54,320 bases of DNA from a virus. Lineage: Duplodnaviria; Caudoviricetes. Shown piece by piece: positions 8,344 to 16,978 of this stretch. The notes under the pieces were generated by a model. It had not been told where the DNA came from. It searched no databases and saw nothing but the letters and a program-made list of their open reading frames with translations. A program made the translations under genes and the position numbers. The stretch lies in IMG/VR virus record IMGVR_UViG_3300008255_000157, positions 1 to 54,320 of that record; one strand, given 5' to 3'. The stretch's first letter is position 1, and each line of letters starts with the position of its first letter.

Positions 8344-8856
8344 TCAGTGACCGTCGCCGTTGAGCGGCGGAACGTTGAGCGACGCGTTCTGAGCCGCGAG
8401 CAGCTTCACCCACGCTCGCATGTCCTTGGCTTGCCACCTGTCGTCGGTGCTCTGCCCGAGCATCGCGAGGTCTCGTTCGATCTCTTTCAGCTGCGCAACC
8501 ACACCAGCAGGGTGAGGAAGGCCGCCGATCCCAGATTGGCTGTGAGAATCGATAGAGCTACGAACCTCGGTAGTCCGCGCAGTGAGGTTCGCGATGTCGC
8601 GCTCCTGCTGGACAACGTGGTGGTCAAGGTCTGAGCGAAGCAATCGAAGCTCGCTCCGAGTAGCCGTAAGCTGTCCGCGCAGATCCGCGACAATGGTTCG
8701 GTGTTCGCTCCGAGCCTGTTCAATACGTTCAGCCACGTATGCCTGCGCCGAGAAGTGCGCGTACATGAGCGCAGCGATTGGGGCGAGCAAGGAGATGAGG
8801 ACCACCAAGCCTCGGACGACTCCACCAACAGTGTCTGGTTTGGTGCTGTTCGGCAC
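8344..8856 (-). CDS. Membrane-anchored coiled-coil hypothetical protein (only credible minus-strand gene)
   Basis: TM segment GLVVLISLLAPIAALMYA followed by a coiled coil; fills the terL-portal gap; start uncertain (GTG 8856; ORF open to 8937). Confidence 0.7.
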   Translation of the reverse strand: MPNSTKPDTVGGVVRGLVVLISLLAPIAALMYAHFSAQAYVAERIEQARSEHRTIVADLRGQLTATRSELRLLRSDLDHHVVQQERDIANLTARTTEVRSSIDSHSQSGIGGLPHPAGVVAQLKEIERDLAMLGQSTDDRWQAKDMRAWVKLLAAQNASLNVPPLNGDGH

Positions 8857-8931
8857 GCGCTCTTCACCTTCGGTTGCCCTTCCATCTCGGTTACGCATCG
8901 GTCTCGGCCCGCGATCGTGCCCGATTTTTGT

Positions 8932-8961
8932 TTGCAAGAGTAGTGTTTGGCGCGATACCGT
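8932..8961 (+). promoter_or_regulatory. Possible sigma70-like promoter for the portal/head operon
   Basis: TTGCAA, 18-nt spacer, TACCGT just upstream of ATG 8971. Confidence 0.4.
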
Positions 8962-8970
8962 TCCAGAACA

Positions 8971-10533
8971 ATGCCAGTCAACAGCCCGAATTCAGCGTAT
9001 GAGGATCGCGTCGGCGAGTGGGAGATGGTGCGCGACGCGCTGGAAGGTGAGCGCGCGGTCAAGGAGAAGACGGTCGAGTACCTGCCGGCGCCGCCCGGCA
9101 TGAACACGGGTCGCAACGAGGTGCTGGGTTCGACTGGAAAGCACGTCGAGGAAACGGATTATGACTTCTACCTCGGCTTCGCAGAGTTCCCCGAGATCGT
9201 CGATCCTGCGCTGATCGGTTTCCAGGGCGTGCTTCACGCCAAGGCGCCGACCGTGAAGCTCTTGCCGGACATGGAGTACCTCGCAGAGGACGCCACGCCG
9301 GACGGGCTGACGCTGAACGACCTGTGGCAACTCGTTACGCGAGAGATACTTGCCGGCGGGCGCGTCGGTCTGCTCGCGGACATCTCGGTCGACGATCGGG
9401 TCCGGTTCGTGCCGTACTCGGCCGAGAACATCCTGAACTGGCGCGCGCGCCCGGCTCGCAAGGGCGGTGGCGCGTCGTTCGTCGTGCTTCGTGAGATCCA
9501 GGAGCATCACCCGAGTGATCGCGACGGCGTCGAGGACGAGTTCAAGGTCGTCCAGAAGGACGTGTGGCGGGAGCTTCGGCTCAACGATCTCTCGTCGAAC
9601 TCGGAGAAGGTCGTGTACCAGACTCGGCTCTGGGAGAAGGCCGAGAAGGACAGCAAGGAGGCGGGCGAGGGCGGTCTCGTTCCGATCACCGACGTTGAAG
9701 GTGCGGACGCCGATGGGTGGGTGACGATCCAGTTCTTCGGCAAGAGAATCGACTGGATCCCGTTCCTGTCCATCAACGCGATCGACATCAGCTACAAGTA
9801 CGGCTCGATCCCGATGCTCCCGCTGGCGAGACGGGCCTACAGCGTGTACCGGCTGACCGCGGACTATCGGCGTGCGCTTTACCTGAAGGGCGACCCCCAG
9901 CCGTACGTCTCGGGCATCGATAAGAAGGACGCTCCGAAACGGACCGGTGGTGCTGGGCTCTGGACGTTCATCGATCACCGGGTCACGGCGCAGTATCTCG
10001 ACGTCGATGGGGATGGCGGCATCCCGATGATGGCGGACGAGATCAAGCGCCAGCTCGAGCGGTTCGACCAGGAGGGCGGGCGTCTTCTTTCGGTCACGAA
10101 CAGGCCGGAGAGTGGCGACGCGCTCAAGCATCGGTTGCGTGCGCATCAGGTCACGCTTCGTAACGTCGTGATCAACGCAGGCGCAGGGATGCAGCAGGCG
10201 CTACGCATGGCCGCGGCCATGATGGGCAAGAACGCCGACGAGGTGACGTTCAGACCGGACCTCGACTTCAGCGAGCCCGGCATGACCTCGTCGGACGCGG
10301 TTGGCTGGGCGCAGGCGCGTCAGCAGGGTTTCCCGATCTCCGAGAAGACCATGCACGACCTGGCTCGTCGGGGCGGCGTGACAGAGCTCACGTTCGAGGA
10401 AGAGGTCGATCTTATGACGCAGGGCGGTAGCGAGCTTGATCGCATCTCGCTCGTCGATGAGGACGAGGATGGCGACAACCCGCAGAGTCGCGACGGCGAG
10501 ATGACTGACGGCGACGGCGATGGCAGCGAATGA
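8971..10533 (+). CDS. Portal protein (DUF4055-like)
   Basis: W..VRDAL.GE..VK....YLP, Y.AENILNW and ESG.A motifs; size and position after terL. Confidence 0.88.
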   Translation: MPVNSPNSAYEDRVGEWEMVRDALEGERAVKEKTVEYLPAPPGMNTGRNEVLGSTGKHVEETDYDFYLGFAEFPEIVDPALIGFQGVLHAKAPTVKLLPDMEYLAEDATPDGLTLNDLWQLVTREILAGGRVGLLADISVDDRVRFVPYSAENILNWRARPARKGGGASFVVLREIQEHHPSDRDGVEDEFKVVQKDVWRELRLNDLSSNSEKVVYQTRLWEKAEKDSKEAGEGGLVPITDVEGADADGWVTIQFFGKRIDWIPFLSINAIDISYKYGSIPMLPLARRAYSVYRLTADYRRALYLKGDPQPYVSGIDKKDAPKRTGGAGLWTFIDHRVTAQYLDVDGDGGIPMMADEIKRQLERFDQEGGRLLSVTNRPESGDALKHRLRAHQVTLRNVVINAGAGMQQALRMAAAMMGKNADEVTFRPDLDFSEPGMTSSDAVGWAQARQQGFPISEKTMHDLARRGGVTELTFEEEVDLMTQGGSELDRISLVDEDEDGDNPQSRDGEMTDGDGDGSE

Positions 10534-11734
10534 TGATCTGCTCGACGCCTTGGTCCGGCGCCAGATAGACACGCTGCGGTTCAGCCGAGGCCTGGCCAAG
10601 CGTGTGATCGGCGCGATCGACTCATCCGAACGATCGATCGCCGCGCTGATCCGCGAGCGCATGGAGTCGATCGGGAAGGGCGCGCGCGTGGTGGGCGATT
10701 CGAAGTTGAAGCGGCTCGCGTCCATGATCAAGCAGGTGCGCAAGATTCGCGGCGAGTTCGTGGTCAAGGCACGGAAGAAGCTCGAGGCCGAGCTGTTCGA
10801 TCTGATCGACGACGAGGCCAAGTATGTGAAGGCGTCGATCCTCGAAGCGGTTGGCATCGCCGAGCTGACCGTCGACGTGCCGAGCGCGCGCAAGCTGAAC
10901 GCGGCCACGTTCAAGACGCCGTATGGTGGTCGCAAGTTCTCGCAGTGGTTCAAGGGGCTGCAGGGTGACGACGTGCAGCGGATCGAGGATGCGATCCGAG
11001 CCGGCTTCTTCGAAGGGGAGGGCGCCGAGCAGATCGTGCGGCGTGTGCGTGGAACGACGTCGTTGGGTGGAGCGGACGGGATCACGCAGGTGACGCGCAA
11101 CTCGACGCGCACCCTGGTCCGGACCACGGTGAACGCGTTCGAGAACTCGACGCGCGAAGCGGTCTTCGCCGAGAACTCGGACATCATCGGAGCGACGGTG
11201 TGGGTCTCGACCCTGGACGGACGGACCAGCGCGATCTGTCGCGCGCGCGACGGGAACGTCGCCCCGATCGAGGGAAAGCAGATCCCGGAGAAGCTCGCGG
11301 GCGCCCCACTTCTCGAGCCGCCATCGGCCCGTCCACCCGCTCACCCCAATTGCAGATCGATGGTCACGGCAGTGCTCGACGGCGAGGGGATCGTGGGCAA
11401 GCGACCGTTCGTAACTGACACGCGCACAAGGCGTAAGCGCGAAACCGACTTCCGAAGGCAGAGCAGGGATTCGGGTCGTTCGATCCAGGACATCCGCCGG
11501 CAATGGGCCGACGAGAACGTGGGTCGTCTGCCGGCGAAGGTGAACTATCAGCAGTTCTTGGGCAGGCAGAAGGCCGGGTTCCAGGACGAAGTGCTTGGCA
11601 AGACCAAGGGAGCTTTGTTCCGGCGCGGAGGGTTGACACTGAAGAACTTCGTCGATACGAAGGGAAGAGAGTTCACGATTTCTGATCTTCGGACGCGCCA
11701 TCCCGGTGCGTTCGTGAAAGCGAATCTGAGCTGA
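10520..11734 (+). CDS. Minor head protein (MuF / SPP1 gp7 family)
   Basis: W.STLDGRTS.IC..RDG and PPAHPNCRS motifs. Confidence 0.9.
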   Translation: MAANDDLLDALVRRQIDTLRFSRGLAKRVIGAIDSSERSIAALIRERMESIGKGARVVGDSKLKRLASMIKQVRKIRGEFVVKARKKLEAELFDLIDDEAKYVKASILEAVGIAELTVDVPSARKLNAATFKTPYGGRKFSQWFKGLQGDDVQRIEDAIRAGFFEGEGAEQIVRRVRGTTSLGGADGITQVTRNSTRTLVRTTVNAFENSTREAVFAENSDIIGATVWVSTLDGRTSAICRARDGNVAPIEGKQIPEKLAGAPLLEPPSARPPAHPNCRSMVTAVLDGEGIVGKRPFVTDTRTRRKRETDFRRQSRDSGRSIQDIRRQWADENVGRLPAKVNYQQFLGRQKAGFQDEVLGKTKGALFRRGGLTLKNFVDTKGREFTISDLRTRHPGAFVKANLS

Positions 11735-11737
11735 CGT

Positions 11738-11814
11738 GTGGTTCGACAAGGTCGCTCCACTGAACGAACTTTTTGGTCCGGCAAGGCTGGACCGCTCGCG
11801 AACTCAAGGAGTTC
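11738..11814 (+). promoter_or_regulatory. Three tandem C-AAG-G loop hairpins; the third covers the scaffold RBS
   Basis: CGAC-AAG-GTCG; GGTCCGGC-AAG-GCTGGACC; GAACTC-AAG-GAGTTC. Confidence 0.5.
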
Positions 11815-11817
11815 ACG

Positions 11818-12636
11818 ATGGTTTTAGACCCGAACGTCGATCCCACCAAGGATCCCCCGAAGGATCCGCCCAAGGACGGCGGTGGAGGAGGTGACGATCT
11901 ACAGGCGAAGATCGACGCTGCTGTGGCGATAGAGACTTCTGGGCTTCGTGCAAAGCGCGATCAGCTCCTGGCCAACGAGGTTGACCTGAAGAAGAAGTTC
12001 AGCTCGCTCAACGACGTCGTAGCAGGGCTTGGCGGCGAAGAGGGTATCCAGCGACTCGTAGCGTTTCGGGAGACCCTCGAGAAGGACGAGATGGGGAAGC
12101 TCATCTCTGAGGGCAAGCACGAGGAGTGGCACGAGAAGAAGGTTGCCGCTCTCAAGACATCGTTCCAGAAGGAGAAGGAGAAGCTCCTCGGCGACAACGA
12201 AGGTCTCAAGAAGTCCGCCGATCACTGGAAGTCGATGTTCGAGACTCAGCGTCTCGATATCGATATCCGTTCCGCTGCCGTCGATCTTGAAATGTACGAC
12301 ACCGCGATTACCGACGCGCTCAACCGTGCGTCTGGCGTGTTCTCCTACGATCAGGAACGAAAGCAGAACGTGATCGTGGATGGGGATGGCGATGCCGCGA
12401 CGATCGTGCTTGGTTCTGACGGCATAAACCCGAAGACCGTAGCGGAGTGGCTCGCGGAGCAGCGGGAAACGGCTCGGCACTGGTTCAAGTCGTCGCAGGG
12501 CGCGGACGCGAGCGGAAACGTCGGTCCTGGTCGCGGCAATGGCCGTGTCGATGCGAGCAAGCTAAGTTTCACCGAACACATGGCTGTTCGGCACGGGCCG
12601 CTCGGCATCAGAAAAGGCACGGGCGTCAAGTACTGA
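11818..12636 (+). CDS. Capsid scaffolding protein
   Basis: Helical, charged, GL.AKRDQLL motif, HWF..S.G..A.G near the C-terminus; lies between MuF and MCP; AAGGAG RBS. Confidence 0.8.
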   Translation: MVLDPNVDPTKDPPKDPPKDGGGGGDDLQAKIDAAVAIETSGLRAKRDQLLANEVDLKKKFSSLNDVVAGLGGEEGIQRLVAFRETLEKDEMGKLISEGKHEEWHEKKVAALKTSFQKEKEKLLGDNEGLKKSADHWKSMFETQRLDIDIRSAAVDLEMYDTAITDALNRASGVFSYDQERKQNVIVDGDGDAATIVLGSDGINPKTVAEWLAEQRETARHWFKSSQGADASGNVGPGRGNGRVDASKLSFTEHMAVRHGPLGIRKGTGVKY

Positions 12637-12692
12637 CGGGGGAGGTCGCGCCATAACGCCTCCCGCCGGAACAAGCCTTATGGGAGGCGACA

Positions 12693-13850
12693 ATGGCGAA
12701 TGCGTTTCTTACCGTCAACGAAATCGCGAACGAGGCGTTGGCACTGCTTCGGTCCAACCTGGTAGTGCCTCTTCTCTTTTCGCGTCGCTACGAGGCCGAT
12801 CTCAACGCCGGCTCGAAGGTCGGCGACACGATCCGTCTCCGGCGTAGGTCGCAAGGTGTGGTCGACGAGTACAACGGCTCGTCCATCACCGTGCGAGACA
12901 TCACCGAGACGTCCCACTCGGTTGTGCTCGAGAAGCACTTCGACGCGTCGATCAAGGTGACCGACAAGGAGATGACGCTCTCGATCAAGGACTTCAGCGA
13001 GCAGGTTCTCGCCCCTCGTATTGTCGAGATGGGTGAGAAGGTCGACGCGTACGGCCTCGGCAAGCTGCTGGCCATTCCGAACGTGGCCGGTCCGTCCGAG
13101 GCGGCTCCGGCCGCGCTTCCCGCTTCGATCAGCGCGATGGCGCTGGTCGAGAAGACGCTCAACGATCTGAAGGTGCCGAACCGTCCGCGCTACCAGATCG
13201 CGTCGAGCCTCTACAAGGCGACGATCCTCGGCGTGGACTCGTTCACCGAGGTCGACAAGCGTGGTGACACCGATGCGATGGAGCAGGCTCGCATCAACAT
13301 GCTGTTCGGCTTCGACACGTTCATGGCGCAGAACGTCGACTCGACCACGTTCACGACCGGCACGCAGACGAGTGCGGTCACGAACGGTGCGGTCGCCGCG
13401 GGCGCTACCTCGATCGTGTATGACGGCGCGGCTGTCGCGGCCGGCACGCTCAAGGAGAACGACATCATCACGATCGCCGGTTACGGCAAGGCCGTGATCG
13501 CCGCCGATTCCGTGGCGACCGCGAGTGCCGGAACGCTGACGATCAAGGAGCCGCTCCGAGAGGCGGTCGCCGATGGTGTGGCGTTCACCGTCTACGATGG
13601 CGGCGGAAACACGCGGCAGTGTCACGGCGCGGTGTTCCATCCGGATTGTCTCGCGTTCATCGCGGTTCCTCTCGCCCAGCCCACTGCCGCTCCGTCGCGG
13701 TACGTGCAGGATCCGGAGACCGGCCTCTCGTTGCGTCTCGTCTTCGACTACGACCGGGACCTGAAGTCCGACGTTCTCTCCATCGACCTTCTGTGCGGCG
13801 CGGAGATGATCGACGGTCGTCTCGGAGCGCAGGTCGTTCTGAACATCTGA
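12693..13850 (+). CDS. Major capsid protein (P22 coat-like, with insertion domain)
   Basis: MAN.FLT...IA.EAL..L, KVGDTI, GFD.FM.QN, FH...AF...PL, D.L.G motifs. Confidence 0.88.
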   Translation: MANAFLTVNEIANEALALLRSNLVVPLLFSRRYEADLNAGSKVGDTIRLRRRSQGVVDEYNGSSITVRDITETSHSVVLEKHFDASIKVTDKEMTLSIKDFSEQVLAPRIVEMGEKVDAYGLGKLLAIPNVAGPSEAAPAALPASISAMALVEKTLNDLKVPNRPRYQIASSLYKATILGVDSFTEVDKRGDTDAMEQARINMLFGFDTFMAQNVDSTTFTTGTQTSAVTNGAVAAGATSIVYDGAAVAAGTLKENDIITIAGYGKAVIAADSVATASAGTLTIKEPLREAVADGVAFTVYDGGGNTRQCHGAVFHPDCLAFIAVPLAQPTAAPSRYVQDPETGLSLRLVFDYDRDLKSDVLSIDLLCGAEMIDGRLGAQVVLNI

Positions 13851-13867
13851 TCGATCAAACCCACCCT

Positions 13868-13898
13868 TGCCGGGCCTCTGACTGCCAGGGGCCCGGCA
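13868..13898 (+). other. GC-rich hairpin after the capsid gene (mRNA stabiliser or weak terminator)
   Basis: TGCCGGGCCTCTG pairs with CAGGGGCCCGGCA; no T-run. Confidence 0.5.
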
Positions 13899-13929
13899 CT
13901 GGTCGAGTCAAGAAAAGACGGAGATCGCG

Positions 13930-14406
13930 ATGGAAACTCTTTTGGTCGAGAAGGCAGGCGACCAGATCCTCATCGAGAGGGATCAGCTGGAAGTCTTCAA
14001 GGGGCGGGGCTACGAGGTTTCGGCAACGCCGCCGCCTCCGAAGAAGGCCGTGCCCCCCAAGTTGGTGGTCAAGCCGAAGTCGAACCTGATCACGATCACG
14101 AAGGGCGATGATCGCTGCGTGTGCGAGCAGGATCAGCTCGAGACTTTCGAGAAGAACGGTTGGAAGTTGGTCGCTGCCCAGAAGGAGCAGGCTCGTGCCG
14201 AGGTCCTGCATGCAACGATCGATCCCAGGCTCGTCATGCTCGCGAAGGGCGACAAGCGTTGCGCCTGCGAGGAAGCACAGGTCGCGGCATTCGAGGCCGG
14301 CGGCTGGTCTCGTGTCGTGGACACAGAGAAGAGCTCCAAGCCAGATTCGGAGCCCGATTCCAAGCCGAAGCAGAGGCTCAAGGTCGGAGAGAAGGACAAG
14401 CAGTAG
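13930..14406 (+). CDS. Hypothetical protein with three internal repeats
   Basis: Three copies of a K..D......Q...F...G(W/Y) unit. Confidence 0.75.
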   Translation: METLLVEKAGDQILIERDQLEVFKGRGYEVSATPPPPKKAVPPKLVVKPKSNLITITKGDDRCVCEQDQLETFEKNGWKLVAAQKEQARAEVLHATIDPRLVMLAKGDKRCACEEAQVAAFEAGGWSRVVDTEKSSKPDSEPDSKPKQRLKVGEKDKQ

Positions 14407-14441
14407 CCCGCACCTTCACGTGAGGCGCCGACTGATCGAAT

Positions 14442-14487
14442 GCGGGCGCGGCGGTTCTCAGTCGGGTATCGCCGCGCCCGTGTTTTT
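14442..14487 (+). terminator. Intrinsic terminator
   Basis: GCGGGCGCGGCGG pairs with TCGCCGCGCCCGT, followed by GTTTTT. Confidence 0.75.
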
Positions 14488-14501
14488 GTACGGAGACAAC
14501 G

Positions 14502-14837
14502 ATGAGCAATCTTCTCACGATTCAAGGCGCCGACGGTCGGCACGTCGACGGCGTCCAGCCAGTCGCGAACAGCGTGACAGGCTCTCCGTTCACGACCGGT
14601 GCAGCGGCCGTTGCGACGCCGGCCCTGAACGGACTGGTGCTGATCCGTGCGATTGGCAACGCGATCCACCTACGTGTGGACAAGGAAGCGGACACGGCCG
14701 ACGCGGACGGGAACGACTTCTACCTGCCCGCTGGCGAGCTGGTTCGGATTCCTTGCGACAACCACATCATCAGCATGTTGCAGGAGACCGGAGCGGCTAC
14801 GGTCTACGTCGAACTGTCCAGGGAGGTAACGCCGTGA
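14502..14837 (+). CDS. Hypothetical beta-rich virion-associated protein
   Basis: GGAGA RBS; located in the head operon. Confidence 0.65.
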   Translation: MSNLLTIQGADGRHVDGVQPVANSVTGSPFTTGAAAVATPALNGLVLIRAIGNAIHLRVDKEADTADADGNDFYLPAGELVRIPCDNHIISMLQETGAATVYVELSREVTP

Positions 14838-15046
14838 ACGGGAGGATGTCGAAGGTCATTCACAGCTACGCCTCTATCTACGCGCATGCAGGTCCCGGCG
14901 CAGCGCGGAACATGGAGCGTTTTGCGAAGAAGGAGTGGGCACGGGCAGATCCGAAGGGGAAGCGTGCGTTGCGGTTGGCTCTCGAACATCGGATTCGCGA
15001 GCACTACAAGGCTCAAAGGCAAATGACTGAGAACAAGAAATCATGA
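14834..15046 (+). CDS. Hypothetical basic protein
   Basis: GGAGGT RBS, GTGA overlap; couples to the next gene via ATGA. Confidence 0.6.
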   Translation: MNGRMSKVIHSYASIYAHAGPGAARNMERFAKKEWARADPKGKRALRLALEHRIREHYKAQRQMTENKKS

Positions 15047-15606
15047 GAACTCCACTCGTCGCAGCACTCGTCCTCGCACTCGCAACGATTCCGAGCATCG
15101 ACCTGTTCAAGAGCGCCGAGGCGCAGGCGGATCCGCCCAGGGTGACCAGCACCACCCCGTTCGCGTGGACCGCGCCTGTTTTCAACGAGGACGGCACGCC
15201 GTTGACGGATCTGGCCGGATACGTGTTCAGCGTCGCCGCTGAGACCGCGGACCTGACCGACACTTCACAGACTCCGTTGAAGCGCGTCCAGGTACTGGTC
15301 GCCAACGCGGTATGTGCCGGAGGGGAGTGTCGTGCCGTACCGAAAGATCTGTTCGCCGACATCCCTGCTGGTCTCTATCGAGTCTGGATCCAAGCCTTCG
15401 ACACGGCCGGCAATGTCTCCACTTACGCAGCGCCGACCGAGGTCGTCGAGTACGACGGGTCAGTGCCGAACCCGCCGACGAACCTTCGTCCTGAACCGAA
15501 CCCGCTCGTCGTGCTCAACGTGTACGGCGGCGACGTCGACGTGAATATCGGCGACGCGATCGCATTGGCTGTTCTCAACGCGAGGCCGGATCCGAACGGA
15601 GAATGA
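15043..15606 (+). CDS. Signal-peptide-bearing fibronectin type III-like protein
   Basis: Hydrophobic N-terminus with AEA-Q; W.AP..NEDGTPLTDLAGY and Y....AFDTAGN.S Fn3 motifs. Confidence 0.7.
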   Translation: MRTPLVAALVLALATIPSIDLFKSAEAQADPPRVTSTTPFAWTAPVFNEDGTPLTDLAGYVFSVAAETADLTDTSQTPLKRVQVLVANAVCAGGECRAVPKDLFADIPAGLYRVWIQAFDTAGNVSTYAAPTEVVEYDGSVPNPPTNLRPEPNPLVVLNVYGGDVDVNIGDAIALAVLNARPDPNGE

Positions 15607-15609
15607 TCG

Positions 15610-16128
15610 ATGGCATTCGTTGTCGAAGATGGCACTGGCCTCACGAACGCGAACGCGTACATCGACGAGGATTTCTTCACCGATTACTTCAAGGATCGCA
15701 ACATCTCGTTGCCTTCCGGAACGGCAGGCAGAGACAAGCGAGGAGGCATTGTCCAAGGGTCGAGCTATCTCGATCGACGCTACCGCGACCGAATCATCGG
15801 TGTTCGTCTTCGTTCTTCGCAATCGCTGGAGTGGCCACGGGTCAACGCGTTCTATCAGGACGGGCGCGTCGTGGCCGGTGTTCCGATCGAGTGGAAGCAG
15901 GCCTGTGCTGAGTTGGCGTTCATCGCGCTGACATCCGATCTGGTTACGAATCCGACCTACGACTCGAGCGGGCGCGTCGTGGCGGAGAAGACCGAGAAGG
16001 TCGGTCCGATCATGGAGCGGACCAAGTACTCGGACCTGGGTCACGTCGTTGGTTTCCCGAGCTACCCAGCCGTGGAAGGTCTGCTTCGTGAACTGGTCGA
16101 TGAAGGCGTGACGCTGGAGCGCATGTAA
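15610..16128 (+). CDS. Head-tail adaptor (DnaT-like phage family)
   Basis: VEDGTGL.NANAY, Q.LEWPR, A..ELA, EKVGPI motifs. Confidence 0.82.
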   Translation: MAFVVEDGTGLTNANAYIDEDFFTDYFKDRNISLPSGTAGRDKRGGIVQGSSYLDRRYRDRIIGVRLRSSQSLEWPRVNAFYQDGRVVAGVPIEWKQACAELAFIALTSDLVTNPTYDSSGRVVAEKTEKVGPIMERTKYSDLGHVVGFPSYPAVEGLLRELVDEGVTLERM

Positions 16129-16514
16129 TGACGGTTGGTCGGTTCTCCTCAGCGCAGGCGTTGGCACTGCGATTGATCGCCAAGAACGGCGAGAAATCGA
16201 GTCTGGTGCGCGTCGCTGATGGTGCGCCGGCCGACGCAGCGCAGCCGTGGAAGCCCGGAACTCCGACCAAGACGACGGCCACGGTCGATGCGGCGTGGTT
16301 CGATCATGACATTACGCGCGCGTTCGAAACGCTGATGAAGGCGGGTGATCAGGTCGCGCTGTTGCCGGCCACAAGCCTCAGCAGCGATCCGGATCCGACC
16401 AAGGACCTCCTCGTTCGTGTGGATCTGTCTCGCTGGACGATCGTGAAGGTCCAGCCGCTCGCGCCGAACGAGGACAAGATCCTCTATACCGTGCTGTGCA
16501 GGAGGGTTTCATGA
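16128..16514 (+). CDS. Head-tail joining / head closure protein
   Basis: A.RLI.KNG, GD, W.IV....L.P motifs; synteny. Confidence 0.7.
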   Translation: MTVGRFSSAQALALRLIAKNGEKSSLVRVADGAPADAAQPWKPGTPTKTTATVDAAWFDHDITRAFETLMKAGDQVALLPATSLSSDPDPTKDLLVRVDLSRWTIVKVQPLAPNEDKILYTVLCRRVS

Positions 16515-16966
16515 CCGCGACCCTTATCACGGCGCGCGACGAGATTCAGTCCTTGTTCAAGGTGAAATGGGACACGGACACGCCGGCAATCACGACCACC
16601 GTGCCGCCGATCCAATGGGAAGGGGTGCCGTTCGCAGCGCCGAGTTCCGCGCCCTACGCGCGGGTCATTGTGCGAAATACGAGTGGTGGCCAGGCCAGTT
16701 TGTCGGGTGGTCTTGGATCGGCGATCGGTGTGCGGTTCACGAAGACCGGCACCGTCACCGTCTCGATCTTCACGCCGCTCGAGAACGGATTAGGAGTAAC
16801 GCTTGGCGAGCAGCTCGCCGTTGTCGCGAAGGCCGCGTTCGAAGGGAAGGCGACCGCGTCGCAGGTTTGGTTCAGGAATGTCTTCGCGACCCCGGTCGGC
16901 GAGGACGGCCCTTTGTTCATGTGGAACGTGACAGCGAGCTTCGAATACGACGAGCTGGTCGCGTAA
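16511..16966 (+). CDS. Tail terminator-like protein
   Basis: P....YAR, G.V.V.IFTP...G, VWFRN, F.YDE motifs; precedes tail tube. Confidence 0.72.
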   Translation: MTATLITARDEIQSLFKVKWDTDTPAITTTVPPIQWEGVPFAAPSSAPYARVIVRNTSGGQASLSGGLGSAIGVRFTKTGTVTVSIFTPLENGLGVTLGEQLAVVAKAAFEGKATASQVWFRNVFATPVGEDGPLFMWNVTASFEYDELVA

Positions 16967-16978
16967 GGGAGGCTTCAA

